Shown here in pieces: positions 9,563 to 19,631 of a DNA stretch of 51,209 bases (its first letter is position 1; each line of letters starts with the position of its first letter). This stretch comes from Escherichia phage BubbaBully, in sequence record OR896831.1. One strand, written 5' to 3'. Position numbers and translations under genes: made by a program. Below the pieces are notes generated by a model that was not told the DNA's origin, ran no database searches, and saw only the letters and a list, made by a program, of their open reading frames with translations.

Positions 9563-9880
9563 ATGGCAAAGATGAAACTTACGCTTGCACCACTTCCAGA
9601 CTTCAAACTTCCAGTATCTTTTGTTATGCCTAACGGCGACGAGGGTCAAATCACCTTCACCGTGCGCCACCTGAAAGCGAAAGAAGTTCAGGAGCTTTAC
9701 GAAAGCGAAAACATCGTCACCGATTCAGATTTCATCATGAAGCTTGCGACGGGCTGGAACCTTGAGGAAGAATTCAACGAGGAAAACGCAAAGACTCTTG
9801 TCGAGTTCTACCCAGGCGCTGCGCTTGCCCTGACTGGTGCATATCTTTCCGCGCTGGCTGGTCAACGAGTAAAAAACTAA
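9563..9880 (+). CDS. tail assembly chaperone (G-like)
   Basis: 105 aa between major tail and tape measure genes; ends at slippery heptamer. Confidence 0.7.
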   Translation: MAKMKLTLAPLPDFKLPVSFVMPNGDEGQITFTVRHLKAKEVQELYESENIVTDSDFIMKLATGWNLEEEFNEENAKTLVEFYPGAALALTGAYLSALAGQRVKN

Positions 9881-10194
9881 AACGCGCCGTCTACCTGTTT
9901 TATCAAAAGCCGCCTACTGATGCAGAATTAGAGGCGGTTGGCCTCACAAGGGCAGACTATGAAGGCGAGGAACCGCCAGAAGTTATATTTGATGAATCAA
10001 TGATGCAGTCATGGGATGTATTCTGCGCAATGCAGACTCAATGGCGATCTGCTGGTGGCGGCGCTTATGGCCTTGATTACAACGTCCTCCCGATGCTCTT
10101 TGAAATATACAAGATCACAGATCGGGAAATGGCATTGAATGACCTGCGGATCATGGAAAGTAAAGCGCTCGAAATGATGCACGCAGGAAAATAA
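9563..10194 (+). CDS. tail assembly chaperone G-T fusion (via -1 frameshift at 9871-9877)
   Basis: -1 frame after the heptamer translates without stops into track ORF 10000-10194; conserved G/GT arrangement upstream of tape measure. Confidence 0.65.
9871..9877 (+). other. -1 programmed ribosomal frameshift slippery heptamer A_AAA_AAC
   Basis: Heptamer in frame at last two sense codons of G; -1 frame stays open to 10194. Confidence 0.7.
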
Positions 10195-10196
10195 AC

Positions 10197-10221
10197 GAGC
10201 GCCTTTTGGCGCTCTTTTCTT
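10197..10221 (+). terminator. terminator-like hairpin before tape measure gene
   Basis: GAGCGCC-tttt-GGCGCTC followed by a T-rich run. Confidence 0.45.
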
Positions 10222-10237
10222 ATCTGGAGGTAACTTA

Positions 10238-12949
10238 ATGGCGGAACAATACGCGGGTTTAACGTTAGGCGTTGACGTTCAGCAGGTAAACAACGCAGTT
10301 AAATCACTGAGGGATTTTAAGACCGCTTCCGAGGGCGCGGCTGATGGTCTTGAGTCTTTCGTCAATGAGGAGCAGATTGCACGACAGAGAGCCAAAGATC
10401 TGGCCTCAGAGCTTGCGAAGCAGAGAAAGGAGTTTCAGAGCGTACAGGCGGCGATAGATCCGACTGCTGCAAAAATGGAGCGCTTAAAGGCTGCGGCGGC
10501 TGGCCTAGATAAGCTTTGGAAAAAAGGTATAGTTCCTGACGAAACATTTTTCCAACTCGGAGAAATGCTTGAGACTCAAGCGAATAAACTCGCAGCCAAC
10601 AGAAAAGCGTTAACGGCTGAGGGCAGGGCAGCAATCGAGGAGTCAAAGCAGAAAGCGAAAGCGGCGGCTGAGGCTCAGAAATTCATTGCGGCACTGGAGG
10701 CGCAAGCGGCTGCGGCGGGTAAAACTCAATCCGAACTGATGGAAATGAAAGCTGCGCAGCTTGGAGTTTCGGCACAGGCGGCTCCATTCATTGAGAGAAT
10801 GCGCCAGCAGGAGCAAGCAACGGAAAAGCTTGGGATCTCAATGGGTCAGTATCGGCAGGCTATGCGAATGCTTCCGGCTCAAATCACGGACGTTGCAACA
10901 TCACTAGCTAGCGGTATGCCGATCTGGTTGGTTGCAATACAGCAGGGCGGTCAGATTAAGGACTCTTTCGGCGGGATTATCCCAACGTTTAAGGCGCTTT
11001 TGAGCTTGATTAGCCCTCTGAAAGTTGGCTTTGGTGCGGTTGTCGGTGTGCTTGGTTACATGGCTTACAGCGCATATAGCGCACGAAAAGAACTGAAAGA
11101 GATCTCAAAAACCATTCAGGATGCGACGGGCTTCACTTCTGACTTCTCAAACAAGCTTGCTGTTTCGGTTCAGGAACTGGCTAGCGTTTCGGGCAAATCA
11201 TCCGAGGAGCTTGTTAAATCGTTCGCCACAACGAAGGACACAGCCGGATCACTGATCAAGAAGCTTGTTGATCTCGGAGTGTCATACTCTGATGCGGCAG
11301 ATATGGCTCGACAGTACCAGCGCGACGGCGATATCTCAAAGCTTAACGGAAAGATTGCTGAGCATATGCAGAAGGTTGCAGAGCTTGAAAAAACATGGTG
11401 GGATGTAGCAAAGGCTCGATTAAAAGCGATGGGTGGCGTGCTTACTGGCGATGTTGAGGGAACGGAATACGCCGGAAAGAAAGACACACGACGAAAGAGC
11501 AACCTGGAAAACGCGCTCGAAATCATGACCGAGTACGGCAAGAAGAACAAGGAGATCGCAGACCTAAACTCTAAAGCTTTGGCTGAGGCGACTGCTGAGA
11601 TTGAAAAGCAATATTTCAACACTAACAGGGTTGCAAACGCTCAACAAGAACTTAACCAACTGATTGCAAATCAGAAGAAGCTTGAAAAGTCGAATAACGA
11701 GGAGGCGAAGCAACAAGCCGCTTATCTTATCAAGGCGAAGAAACAGGAGATTGAAGATCTCAAAAAACTTGAGGAGAAGAAGGGCAAAACAACCTCAAAA
11801 GGCGGTGGCGGCGGTGGCGTAGTCGAACAGCTTGATAAAGAGCTTTACGTGCTGCAAGCGCAGTTAAAAACCCTGAAAGAACATCGCACCGTTAACGATG
11901 TTATCTCAAGCCAGCGCCGTTCTTTGTGGAGCATTGAGAAGCAAATCGAGATCCTGGAGGAAGCGCAAAGCAAGCGACAGCTAACGGCTGGAGAGAAAAA
12001 ACTTCTTGCCGAGCAAAAGAGAGCGATTGAGCTTGCGCGGCAAAAAGCGGAGATTGGCGATCAGATTGTTCTACAGGAGCGGAGCAACAAGCTTTACCAA
12101 AACTCCCTTGAGTTCATCCGAAACACTCAGTCCGAGATTGACATTCTCAACCTGAAACAGCAGGGAATGACAGATGATCAGATTCGCAGAGAGCAGGAGC
12201 TACAGAAAATCAAGAATGATTATCTTGCGAAGGGTGGAAGCGTTGACGATCAGGTTTATCAGGACATGATCAAGAAAAGGACGGAGTATTACCAGACGGA
12301 GGACGCGCTGAGGGATAACTGGCTGGCTGGTGCAAAAAATGCTTGGGCTGAGTATGCACGAGACGCAACGGACATGTACGGCAACGTGCAGGAGATTGCA
12401 AGTAGCGCCCTGAGTGGTTTAACTGATCAAATGACTGAATTCTTAACGACAGGAAAGGCAAACTTTGCAGACTTTGCAAACAGCATTCTCAAGATGATTG
12501 TCCAGATGATCAGTAAGATGGTTATCTTTAACGCGCTGTCTGGATTGACCGGAGGCTCAACGTGGACTATGGGATCTCTAATGAGCGGTTTCTCGTCTGG
12601 TGGGTACACTGGCGACGGCGGCAAATATGATCCGGCTGGCATCGTTCACAAGGGTGAATTTGTTTTCACCAAAGAGGCAACGCAACGAATCGGTGCGCGG
12701 AATCTTTACAGACTCATGCGTGGATATGCAAACGGCGGCAGTGTTGGCGGTTCGTCATACTCTCGCGGCGCGTCGGCTGGCGGTGTTGGATCTCAATTCA
12801 ATTTCGGTGATATCATGGTTGACGTGAACAACGGCAACGATCCAAAAGGGATGGAAACCGGAATCAAGATGATTTTCACAGAAATGATTCAGCGGTCTTG
12901 CTCGCAAGGAGGAGAGGTTTATAACTTTGTTAATAGTAAGAGGGGGTAA
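10238..12949 (+). CDS. tail tape measure protein
   Basis: 903 aa, long coiled-coil-rich protein with Gly run, between chaperone and minor tail genes. Confidence 0.85.
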   Translation: MAEQYAGLTLGVDVQQVNNAVKSLRDFKTASEGAADGLESFVNEEQIARQRAKDLASELAKQRKEFQSVQAAIDPTAAKMERLKAAAAGLDKLWKKGIVPDETFFQLGEMLETQANKLAANRKALTAEGRAAIEESKQKAKAAAEAQKFIAALEAQAAAAGKTQSELMEMKAAQLGVSAQAAPFIERMRQQEQATEKLGISMGQYRQAMRMLPAQITDVATSLASGMPIWLVAIQQGGQIKDSFGGIIPTFKALLSLISPLKVGFGAVVGVLGYMAYSAYSARKELKEISKTIQDATGFTSDFSNKLAVSVQELASVSGKSSEELVKSFATTKDTAGSLIKKLVDLGVSYSDAADMARQYQRDGDISKLNGKIAEHMQKVAELEKTWWDVAKARLKAMGGVLTGDVEGTEYAGKKDTRRKSNLENALEIMTEYGKKNKEIADLNSKALAEATAEIEKQYFNTNRVANAQQELNQLIANQKKLEKSNNEEAKQQAAYLIKAKKQEIEDLKKLEEKKGKTTSKGGGGGGVVEQLDKELYVLQAQLKTLKEHRTVNDVISSQRRSLWSIEKQIEILEEAQSKRQLTAGEKKLLAEQKRAIELARQKAEIGDQIVLQERSNKLYQNSLEFIRNTQSEIDILNLKQQGMTDDQIRREQELQKIKNDYLAKGGSVDDQVYQDMIKKRTEYYQTEDALRDNWLAGAKNAWAEYARDATDMYGNVQEIASSALSGLTDQMTEFLTTGKANFADFANSILKMIVQMISKMVIFNALSGLTGGSTWTMGSLMSGFSSGGYTGDGGKYDPAGIVHKGEFVFTKEATQRIGARNLYRLMRGYANGGSVGGSSYSRGASAGGVGSQFNFGDIMVDVNNGNDPKGMETGIKMIFTEMIQRSCSQGGEVYNFVNSKRG

Positions 12950-12951
12950 TA

Positions 12952-13305
12952 ATGGCGGCGCTTGATGAATTTACATGGTGTACGCAAATTCAGAGCAGCG
13001 GCGGCGCAATGACCACGACGAATAACGACAGGGAGGTTGTTTTCGGCAATGGTTACACGCAAGTTGCATCGTCTGGATTTAACACGGTACGGCGTGAGTT
13101 TTCCATTGCCTACGTTGGACTTGATTACAAAGACGTGCTCAAGTTCATGAACGATCACAGGCTAAAGCCGTTTTTGTGGATTACGCCGGACGGCTCGCCA
13201 GGGTTGTTTAGAGTGAAAAGCGGAAGCGTTGCAGCAACGCCGATTTCGCCAGCCGTTCAGGAAGTGAAAGCAACTTTCACGGAGCAGTTTACGAGCATGA
13301 AGTAA
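12952..13305 (+). CDS. minor tail protein (lambda M-like)
   Basis: 117 aa immediately after tape measure; lambda-like order M-L-K-I-J. Confidence 0.6.
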   Translation: MAALDEFTWCTQIQSSGGAMTTTNNDREVVFGNGYTQVASSGFNTVRREFSIAYVGLDYKDVLKFMNDHRLKPFLWITPDGSPGLFRVKSGSVAATPISPAVQEVKATFTEQFTSMK

Positions 13306-13308
13306 GAC

Positions 13309-13346
13309 AAGCCGCCTTTGCGCGGCTTTTTTATTGGTGCTATAAT
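13309..13346 (+). promoter_or_regulatory. terminator-promoter fusion unit (hairpin + T6 + TTGCGC-17-TATAAT)
   Basis: AAGCCGC/GCGGCTT stem; -35 TTGCGC 13318-13323 in loop and 3' arm; -10 TATAAT 13341-13346. Confidence 0.5.
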
Positions 13347-13373
13347 TCGCACACCAAAAGAGGAGAAATTCAA

Positions 13374-14129
13374 ATGGCTACAGACTTAAACAAAGACTTT
13401 GCCAACTGCTTACAAAGCCTTTACCCTGGAGAAATCATCACGCTTGTTGAGGTTGACGGCACAAAGTTTGGCGCTAACGTTTATCGGTTCCACGCTGAGA
13501 ATTTGCAGTACACAGCAGAGGAATTAATGATCGCGAGAGAAACCGGAGTGCTACCGCCAAAAGACATTGTTTTTCAGGGTGAGGTTTACGGTGCGCGGCC
13601 TTTCGGTATTAGCGGGATCAGTTTCACCAGTAACGGAAAGGCTGATAAGCCGCAATTAACGCTTTCGAATCTTGATAGCCAAGTTAGCGCAATGATTCGC
13701 GCCTACAACGGCATGATGCAAGCGAAGGTTACGATCTGGATTACGGCGGCTGACTTCCTGCAAGCAGACGGAAGCGTTGCAGATGGCGCTTACAGGAAAC
13801 TTGTTTATTACATTGAGCGCCCAAATTTTTGCAATCAATCTGTTGCACGATTCGATCTCACATCGCCTTATGATATGGATGGGATCATGATACCGCCACG
13901 CATTAGCCAAAGCGTTTGTTATTGGGCGCAACGCGGCTGGTACAGGAGCGGTAAGGGTTGCGGGTATAATGGCGCGGCTATGTTCGACAAAGACAATAAC
14001 CCCGTAACAGATCCGGCGCAGGACTATTGCGCAGGAACAGCAACAGCTTGCAAAATTCGTTTCGGGTTTGATCAGCCATTAGATTTTGGCGGTTGCGCCG
14101 TCGCTTCACTATTGAGGAAAAACCAATGA
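13374..14129 (+). CDS. minor tail protein (lambda L-like)
   Basis: 251 aa; synteny with lambda-like tail tip module. Confidence 0.65.
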   Translation: MATDLNKDFANCLQSLYPGEIITLVEVDGTKFGANVYRFHAENLQYTAEELMIARETGVLPPKDIVFQGEVYGARPFGISGISFTSNGKADKPQLTLSNLDSQVSAMIRAYNGMMQAKVTIWITAADFLQADGSVADGAYRKLVYYIERPNFCNQSVARFDLTSPYDMDGIMIPPRISQSVCYWAQRGWYRSGKGCGYNGAAMFDKDNNPVTDPAQDYCAGTATACKIRFGFDQPLDFGGCAVASLLRKNQ

Positions 14130-14851
14130 TTAACGCAAAAATCAAACTTGAAATCATGCAGCACGCGCAAGACGTTTACCCCAATGAATGTTGCGGGGTG
14201 GTAACGCAAAAAAGCAGAGTGCAAAAATATCATCGGATCGATAACGTTCACGCAGACCCTAAAAATCATTTCGAAATGGATGCGTCAGAATACGCACAGG
14301 CGCTTGATAGCGGCGAACTAATTGCGGTGGTGCATTCGCACACTGGCGACGGCGCAACAACGCTACCGAGCGCGCACGACACTTGTATGTGTGATGAAAT
14401 GGGCGTGACGTGGGTTATAGTTTCATTGCCAGAGGGTGACATGAGAATGATAGAGCCGGAATCAAGACCGCTGACTGGTCGACCTTGGGCTTTAGGCTCT
14501 TATGATTGCTGGGGGCTGGTGATGGCATGGCACAAAGAGCAGGGCGTGATCTTGAATGATTTCCGCAAGCCATATGAATGGTGGAAGCCGGAACATGGTG
14601 AAAACCTTTATCAAGATAATTACTTGAAAGAGGGATTCGAACCAACAGGACAACCGCCACAGCCTGGAGACATGATCATCATGCAATTGCAATCGCAGGT
14701 GTGGAATCACGCAGGGATTTACCTTGGGAGCAATCAGCTATTGCATCACGCTTACGGTAAGTTGTCCCGCGTTGATTTATATTCCGGCTGGTATCAAGAG
14801 CACACGAAAATGATTTGCAGACATAAGGATCTGATTTATGGAAACAGTTAA
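14126..14851 (+). CDS. tail assembly protein (lambda K-like; JAB/MPN + NlpC/P60)
   Basis: JAMM motif HSHTGDGATTLPSAHD and NlpC/P60-like Cys (DCWG); ATGA overlap with upstream gene. Confidence 0.8.
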   Translation: MINAKIKLEIMQHAQDVYPNECCGVVTQKSRVQKYHRIDNVHADPKNHFEMDASEYAQALDSGELIAVVHSHTGDGATTLPSAHDTCMCDEMGVTWVIVSLPEGDMRMIEPESRPLTGRPWALGSYDCWGLVMAWHKEQGVILNDFRKPYEWWKPEHGENLYQDNYLKEGFEPTGQPPQPGDMIIMQLQSQVWNHAGIYLGSNQLLHHAYGKLSRVDLYSGWYQEHTKMICRHKDLIYGNS

Positions 14852-15437
14852 AACAATCAAACTTTCCGGCTCCCTGGGGCGGCGCTTTGGTGTCTTTCAT
14901 CGTTTCGCCGTCGATAGCTTTCCAGAGGCAATTCGAGCGCTATCAAGCCAGGTTGAAGGATTCAAAGACTACATGCAAAGCGAAATCGGATCGCGCATGA
15001 AATACGCAATCTTTGTTGACGGCGTTAACGTTGGAGAGCATAACGATAAAGCATGGCAATGCAGCAAAGAGATCAGGATTTTGCCTATTCCAACAGGTTC
15101 AAAATCTGGCGGTTTGTTTCAGGTAGTTTTGGGCGCTGTTATTATGGCGACTGCGTTTTTCACTGGTGGTGCATCGCTGGCGGCTATGGGTGCGCTAGCA
15201 TCCTCCGCTTTCATGATGGGCGGCGCAATGGTGCTGGGTGGAGTAATGCAGATGATTTCACCGCAGCAAGGCGGCTCTATGATGGAAATGCAGAGCGCAG
15301 AAAACAAACCTTCTTATGCGTTCGGCGGAGCGGTAAACACAACGGCGGCTGGATATCCTATCCCGTTACCGTATGGAGAGAGAACCGTTGGCGGCGCTAT
15401 CTGGTCGGCAGGTAGTTACGCAGAGGACAAAGTTTAA
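14838..15437 (+). CDS. tail assembly protein (lambda I-like)
   Basis: 199 aa with hydrophobic Gly/Ala/Met-rich C-terminal region; synteny. Confidence 0.6.
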   Translation: METVKTIKLSGSLGRRFGVFHRFAVDSFPEAIRALSSQVEGFKDYMQSEIGSRMKYAIFVDGVNVGEHNDKAWQCSKEIRILPIPTGSKSGGLFQVVLGAVIMATAFFTGGASLAAMGALASSAFMMGGAMVLGGVMQMISPQQGGSMMEMQSAENKPSYAFGGAVNTTAAGYPIPLPYGERTVGGAIWSAGSYAEDKV

Positions 15438-15443
15438 AGCACA

Positions 15444-15479
15444 CCCCGCCTTGCGCGGGGTTTTTTGCGCCAGTATAAT
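15444..15479 (+). promoter_or_regulatory. terminator-promoter fusion unit (hairpin + T6 + TTGCGC-17-TATAAT)
   Basis: CCCCGC-cttgc-GCGGGG stem; -35 TTGCGC 15451-15456; -10 TATAAT 15474-15479. Confidence 0.5.
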
Positions 15480-15515
15480 GTGCAAACCGATAAACAGCAC
15501 AAAAGGTTAAAAGAT

Positions 15516-18500
15516 ATGGCTAAAAATGTGATAAGCGGCAGTAAAGGCGGTTCATCAAAACCGTATGTGCCAAAGGAAATGGAAGATAACCTGATTTCGA
15601 TAAACAAAATCAAGATCTTACTTGCTGTTTCCGATGGTGAGTGCGACGAAACGTTTTCATTACGTGACCTGTATCTTGATGACGTTCCGGTTATGAATGA
15701 CGATGGCACTTATAACTATAGCGGCGTTTCGGCTGAGTTCAGGCCAGGGACTCAAGATCAAGATTACATCCAGGGATTCACTGACACCTCAAGCGAAATA
15801 ACAGTGTCGCGAAATCTTGAAACAGACACGCCATATGTGATTGCAGTAACCAACAAAAACCTATCTGCGATCAGAATAAAAATTCTTATGCCTACTGGTG
15901 TAAAGCAAGAGGACAACGGCGATCTCGTTGGTGTAAGCGTAACATATGCCGTTGATATGGCTGTTGATGGCGGCTCATACAATGAGATTTTGAGCGACAC
16001 GATAAGCGGTAAAACTCGCAGCGGTTACGACAGAAGCCGCCGAATTGATTTACCAGCTTTTAACGAGCAAGTATTGTTGCGCGTTCGCCGTGTTACTCCT
16101 GATAGCACATCGGCAAAGGTTACGGATCTGATTAAGTTGCAGAGCTACGCGGAAGTTGTAGACGCTAAATTTCGTTATCCGCTGACAGGTCTTGTTTATG
16201 TGGAATTTGATTCCGAGTTATTCCCGAACCAGATCCCACGAATAGCGGTAAAAAAGAAATGGAAGATCATAAACGTTCCGAGTAATTACGATCCTGTTTT
16301 GCGTGAATACCACGGCGCGTGGGATGGAACCTGGAAAAAAGCATGGTCTAACAATCCGGCTTACATCTTACACGATTTGATAACCAATCAGCGATACGGA
16401 CTAGATCAACGTGAGTTGGGAATTCCACTTGATAAGTGGAGCATTTACGAGGCTGGGCAATATTGCGATCAGATGGTTCCAGATGGAAAAGGCGGAACAG
16501 AGCCGCGTTACCTTTGCGACGTTGTGATCCAAAGCCAGATTGAAGCATACCAGCTTGTAAGGGATATTTGTTCAATCTTCCGTGGAATGAGTTTCTGGAA
16601 CGGTGAGAGCCTTTCAATTGTCGTTGATAGGCCGCGCGAGCCGTCTTACATCTTCACAAATGATAACGTTGTTAATGGTGATTTTAGCTACACATTCGCC
16701 AGCGAAAAGAGCATGTATACACAATGCAATGTGACTTTCGACGACGAACAAAACATGTATCAACAGGACGTTGAAGGGGTTTTTGAAACGGAGGCGGCGT
16801 TACGGTTTGGCTACAATCCAACGAGCATTACAGCGATTGGATGCACACGACGCAGCGAAGCAAACCGCCGCGGGCGATGGGTTCTGAAAACCAACTTGCG
16901 CAGCACAACGGTAAACTTTGCAACAGGTCTTGAGGGCATGATCCCGTCAATCGGTGATGTGGTGGCGATTGCGGATAACTTCTGGAACAGCGCATTAACG
17001 CTCAACCTTTCGGGGCGCGTTATGGAGGTATCCGGTCTGCAAGTTTTCCTACCGTTTAAAGTAGATGCGCGGCCAGGCGATTTCATCATGGTAAATAAGC
17101 CAGATGGGAAGCCAGTAAAACGCACCATTGCCAACGTGAGCGCAGACGGAAAAACCATTGAGCTAAACATAGGTTTTGGCTTTGACGTTCAGCCCGATAC
17201 GGTGTTTGCGATTGACCGCACAGATATTGCATTGCAGCAATACGTTGTAACGACAATCACAAGAGGAGACAACGATGACGAGTTTACTTACTCAATCACC
17301 GCTGTTGAATACGATCCGAACAAATACGACGAGATTGATTACGGCGTTAACATCGACGACAGGCCAACAAGCATTGTGCAACCGGACGTAATGCAACCTC
17401 CAGAGAATGTTGCCGTTTCCTCTTACTCTCGCATTGTTCAGGGTGTTAGCGTTGAAACGATGGTTGTTAGCTGGGATAAAGTGCCTTACGCGAGCTTATA
17501 CGAGGTTCAATGGAGGAAAGACAACAGCAACTGGTTAAACGTCCCACAGACGGCAAACAAAGAGATTGAGGTGGAGGGGATTTACGCTGGAGTTTATTAC
17601 GTTCGCGTGCGATCCGTTTCTGCTTCCGGCTCTACGTCGCCCTGGTCTGGAATAGTTACCGCATCGCTGACGGGTAAAGTTGGCGAGCCTGGGAAGCCTA
17701 TAAACCTTACTGCATCAACAAATGAGGTTTTCGGAATCCGCGTTAAATGGGGAATGCCAGATGGAACCGGAGACACGGCCTATATTGAGTTGCATCAATC
17801 ACCAGATGGAACGGCTGAAAACTCAAGCCTTTTAACGCTTGTCCCATATCCGCAGTTTGAATACTGGCACAGCACGTTACCAGCGGGGAAAGTTGTGTGG
17901 TATCGCGTGCGAAGTGTTGACAGGATCGGCAACGTTTCCGGTTGGTCTGATTTTGTGCGCGGCATGGCTTCCGATGATGTGACAGATATCATTGGCGACA
18001 TTTTAGATGACATCTGGAATACGGAGGGCGGAAAGGAAATCAAGGAAAACGCCATTGACAGCGCAAACAAGATTAAGGATCAGGCACAAAGCATCATTCA
18101 AAACGCACTGGCGAATGATACGGACGTTAGGATCATGAGGAAGGAAAACGGAAAGCGCAAAGCCGAATTTAGGCAATCAATCCAATTGATCGCAGATGAA
18201 ACGGAGGCTCGCGTTACCGCAATGACGCAACTCAAGGCTGAATTTGACGAGGAGATCACTAGCGAAGTAACGAGACTTGATCAGGCAATTGCAACAGAAT
18301 CAGAAACGCGAGCAACAGCTATTGAGGAATTGAAATCACAGATTGGTGATGATATCCAGGGGCAGTTAACGCGAGTTGAGGAGGCGATTGCAAACGAAAC
18401 AGAGGCGCGTGTTTCTGCTGATACGGCATTAACAGCAAAGTTTGGCGATGTTGAATCAGCGCTGACTGAAAAACTTGATTCATGGGCTGGCGTTAATGGA

Positions 18501-18941
18501 GTTGGCGCACAGTACGCAATGAAATTGGGATTGACCTACAACGGGCAGAAGTACAGCGCCGGAATGGTCATGCAGTTATCAAACAGCCCTCAAGGGTTGA
18601 TTTCACAAATCCTGTTTGATGCCGGAAGATTTGCGATCATGACGAGTTCGACGGGCGGAACGTATACATTGCCTTTTGTGGTGGAGAATAACCAAGTTTT
18701 CATTAACAGCCTGTTAGTGAAAGACGGTTCAATCACAAACGCCATGATCGGTAACTTCATCCAATCAAACAACTACGTTTGGAACCAATCAGGATGGAGG
18801 CTGGATAAAAACGGAACGTTTGAAAACTATGGCTCTACTCCTGGCGAGGGCGCTATGAAAATGACAAACGAAACGATCAGCGTTAGGGATGCAAACGGCG
18901 TTTTGCGTGTTCAGATTGGACGTATTACAGGTTATTGGTAA
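15516..18941 (+). CDS. host specificity protein J (central tail fibre / tip)
   Basis: About 1140 aa; N-terminus (SKGGSSKPYVP...) resembles lambda J; last gene of tail tip module. Confidence 0.85.
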   Translation: MAKNVISGSKGGSSKPYVPKEMEDNLISINKIKILLAVSDGECDETFSLRDLYLDDVPVMNDDGTYNYSGVSAEFRPGTQDQDYIQGFTDTSSEITVSRNLETDTPYVIAVTNKNLSAIRIKILMPTGVKQEDNGDLVGVSVTYAVDMAVDGGSYNEILSDTISGKTRSGYDRSRRIDLPAFNEQVLLRVRRVTPDSTSAKVTDLIKLQSYAEVVDAKFRYPLTGLVYVEFDSELFPNQIPRIAVKKKWKIINVPSNYDPVLREYHGAWDGTWKKAWSNNPAYILHDLITNQRYGLDQRELGIPLDKWSIYEAGQYCDQMVPDGKGGTEPRYLCDVVIQSQIEAYQLVRDICSIFRGMSFWNGESLSIVVDRPREPSYIFTNDNVVNGDFSYTFASEKSMYTQCNVTFDDEQNMYQQDVEGVFETEAALRFGYNPTSITAIGCTRRSEANRRGRWVLKTNLRSTTVNFATGLEGMIPSIGDVVAIADNFWNSALTLNLSGRVMEVSGLQVFLPFKVDARPGDFIMVNKPDGKPVKRTIANVSADGKTIELNIGFGFDVQPDTVFAIDRTDIALQQYVVTTITRGDNDDEFTYSITAVEYDPNKYDEIDYGVNIDDRPTSIVQPDVMQPPENVAVSSYSRIVQGVSVETMVVSWDKVPYASLYEVQWRKDNSNWLNVPQTANKEIEVEGIYAGVYYVRVRSVSASGSTSPWSGIVTASLTGKVGEPGKPINLTASTNEVFGIRVKWGMPDGTGDTAYIELHQSPDGTAENSSLLTLVPYPQFEYWHSTLPAGKVVWYRVRSVDRIGNVSGWSDFVRGMASDDVTDIIGDILDDIWNTEGGKEIKENAIDSANKIKDQAQSIIQNALANDTDVRIMRKENGKRKAEFRQSIQLIADETEARVTAMTQLKAEFDEEITSEVTRLDQAIATESETRATAIEELKSQIGDDIQGQLTRVEEAIANETEARVSADTALTAKFGDVESALTEKLDSWAGVNGVGAQYAMKLGLTYNGQKYSAGMVMQLSNSPQGLISQILFDAGRFAIMTSSTGGTYTLPFVVENNQVFINSLLVKDGSITNAMIGNFIQSNNYVWNQSGWRLDKNGTFENYGSTPGEGAMKMTNETISVRDANGVLRVQIGRITGYW

Positions 18942-18947
18942 AAGCAA

Positions 18948-18973
18948 AGGGAGGCGCATTGCCTCCCTTTTTT
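18948..18973. terminator. bidirectional terminator hairpin at convergent junction
   Basis: AGGGAGGC/GCCTCCCT stem flanked by A-run and T-run. Confidence 0.6.
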
Positions 18974-18974
18974 A

Positions 18975-19631
18975 TTAGTCATATTTTGATGCGTCTATAG
19001 CAAGTATTGATGAAGAATAATAAACCCCAAGCGGCCCAGGCGTTTGAGCCACCTGCTTTGATATTGAGTAAATATTTGATCCAGATGCGCCGGATTGTGA
19101 TTCAAATATCATGTGACCTCCAAGTTGAGGGTTTGGAACGGAGTTTATTGCCGTTTGAAATGGCGTTACAGCGCATGTGTAACCCAAATGAACATCAAAT
19201 GTTATTCCGCTAACTGGTATTTGGTGAGCCTCTAAAGGCTTCATTTTTCCGTGGTATGTCATTTGACCAGCAGAATTATAAAAAGCTATTCCGTGACTCC
19301 CAGGACTTGTTACCATATCGCTAAAAGCGTAAACCCTAATCCATCCAGGGTTGTCCGTCCTATCAATTCTAAGTGCATGATAACCACCATTGTTTATTTG
19401 AGAAAATGCAGTGTATGCACGCGATCCCATTCTCACAAAGAAAAAGCATACCCGATCAAATGGTATTGATGTTTGATAAATGGAACCGTTATAAACACCC
19501 ATATCACCGCGATTAATTAAATTAACAGGCGTAAAATCAGGACTTAGCCAAATTGACCCATCCGGCTTTGTGATCTGCATTCCGTACATGTTACCCCCAA
19601 AACGTATATATATATCTTGACTCGCCAGCAT
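18975..19631 (-). CDS. hypothetical protein (possible C-terminal part of a receptor-binding protein)
   Basis: 218-aa ORF; its 5' end overlaps the upstream ORF in another frame at a (TA)5 tract. Confidence 0.45.
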   Translation of the reverse strand: MLASQDIYIRFGGNMYGMQITKPDGSIWLSPDFTPVNLINRGDMGVYNGSIYQTSIPFDRVCFFFVRMGSRAYTAFSQINNGGYHALRIDRTDNPGWIRVYAFSDMVTSPGSHGIAFYNSAGQMTYHGKMKPLEAHQIPVSGITFDVHLGYTCAVTPFQTAINSVPNPQLGGHMIFESQSGASGSNIYSISKQVAQTPGPLGVYYSSSILAIDASKYD

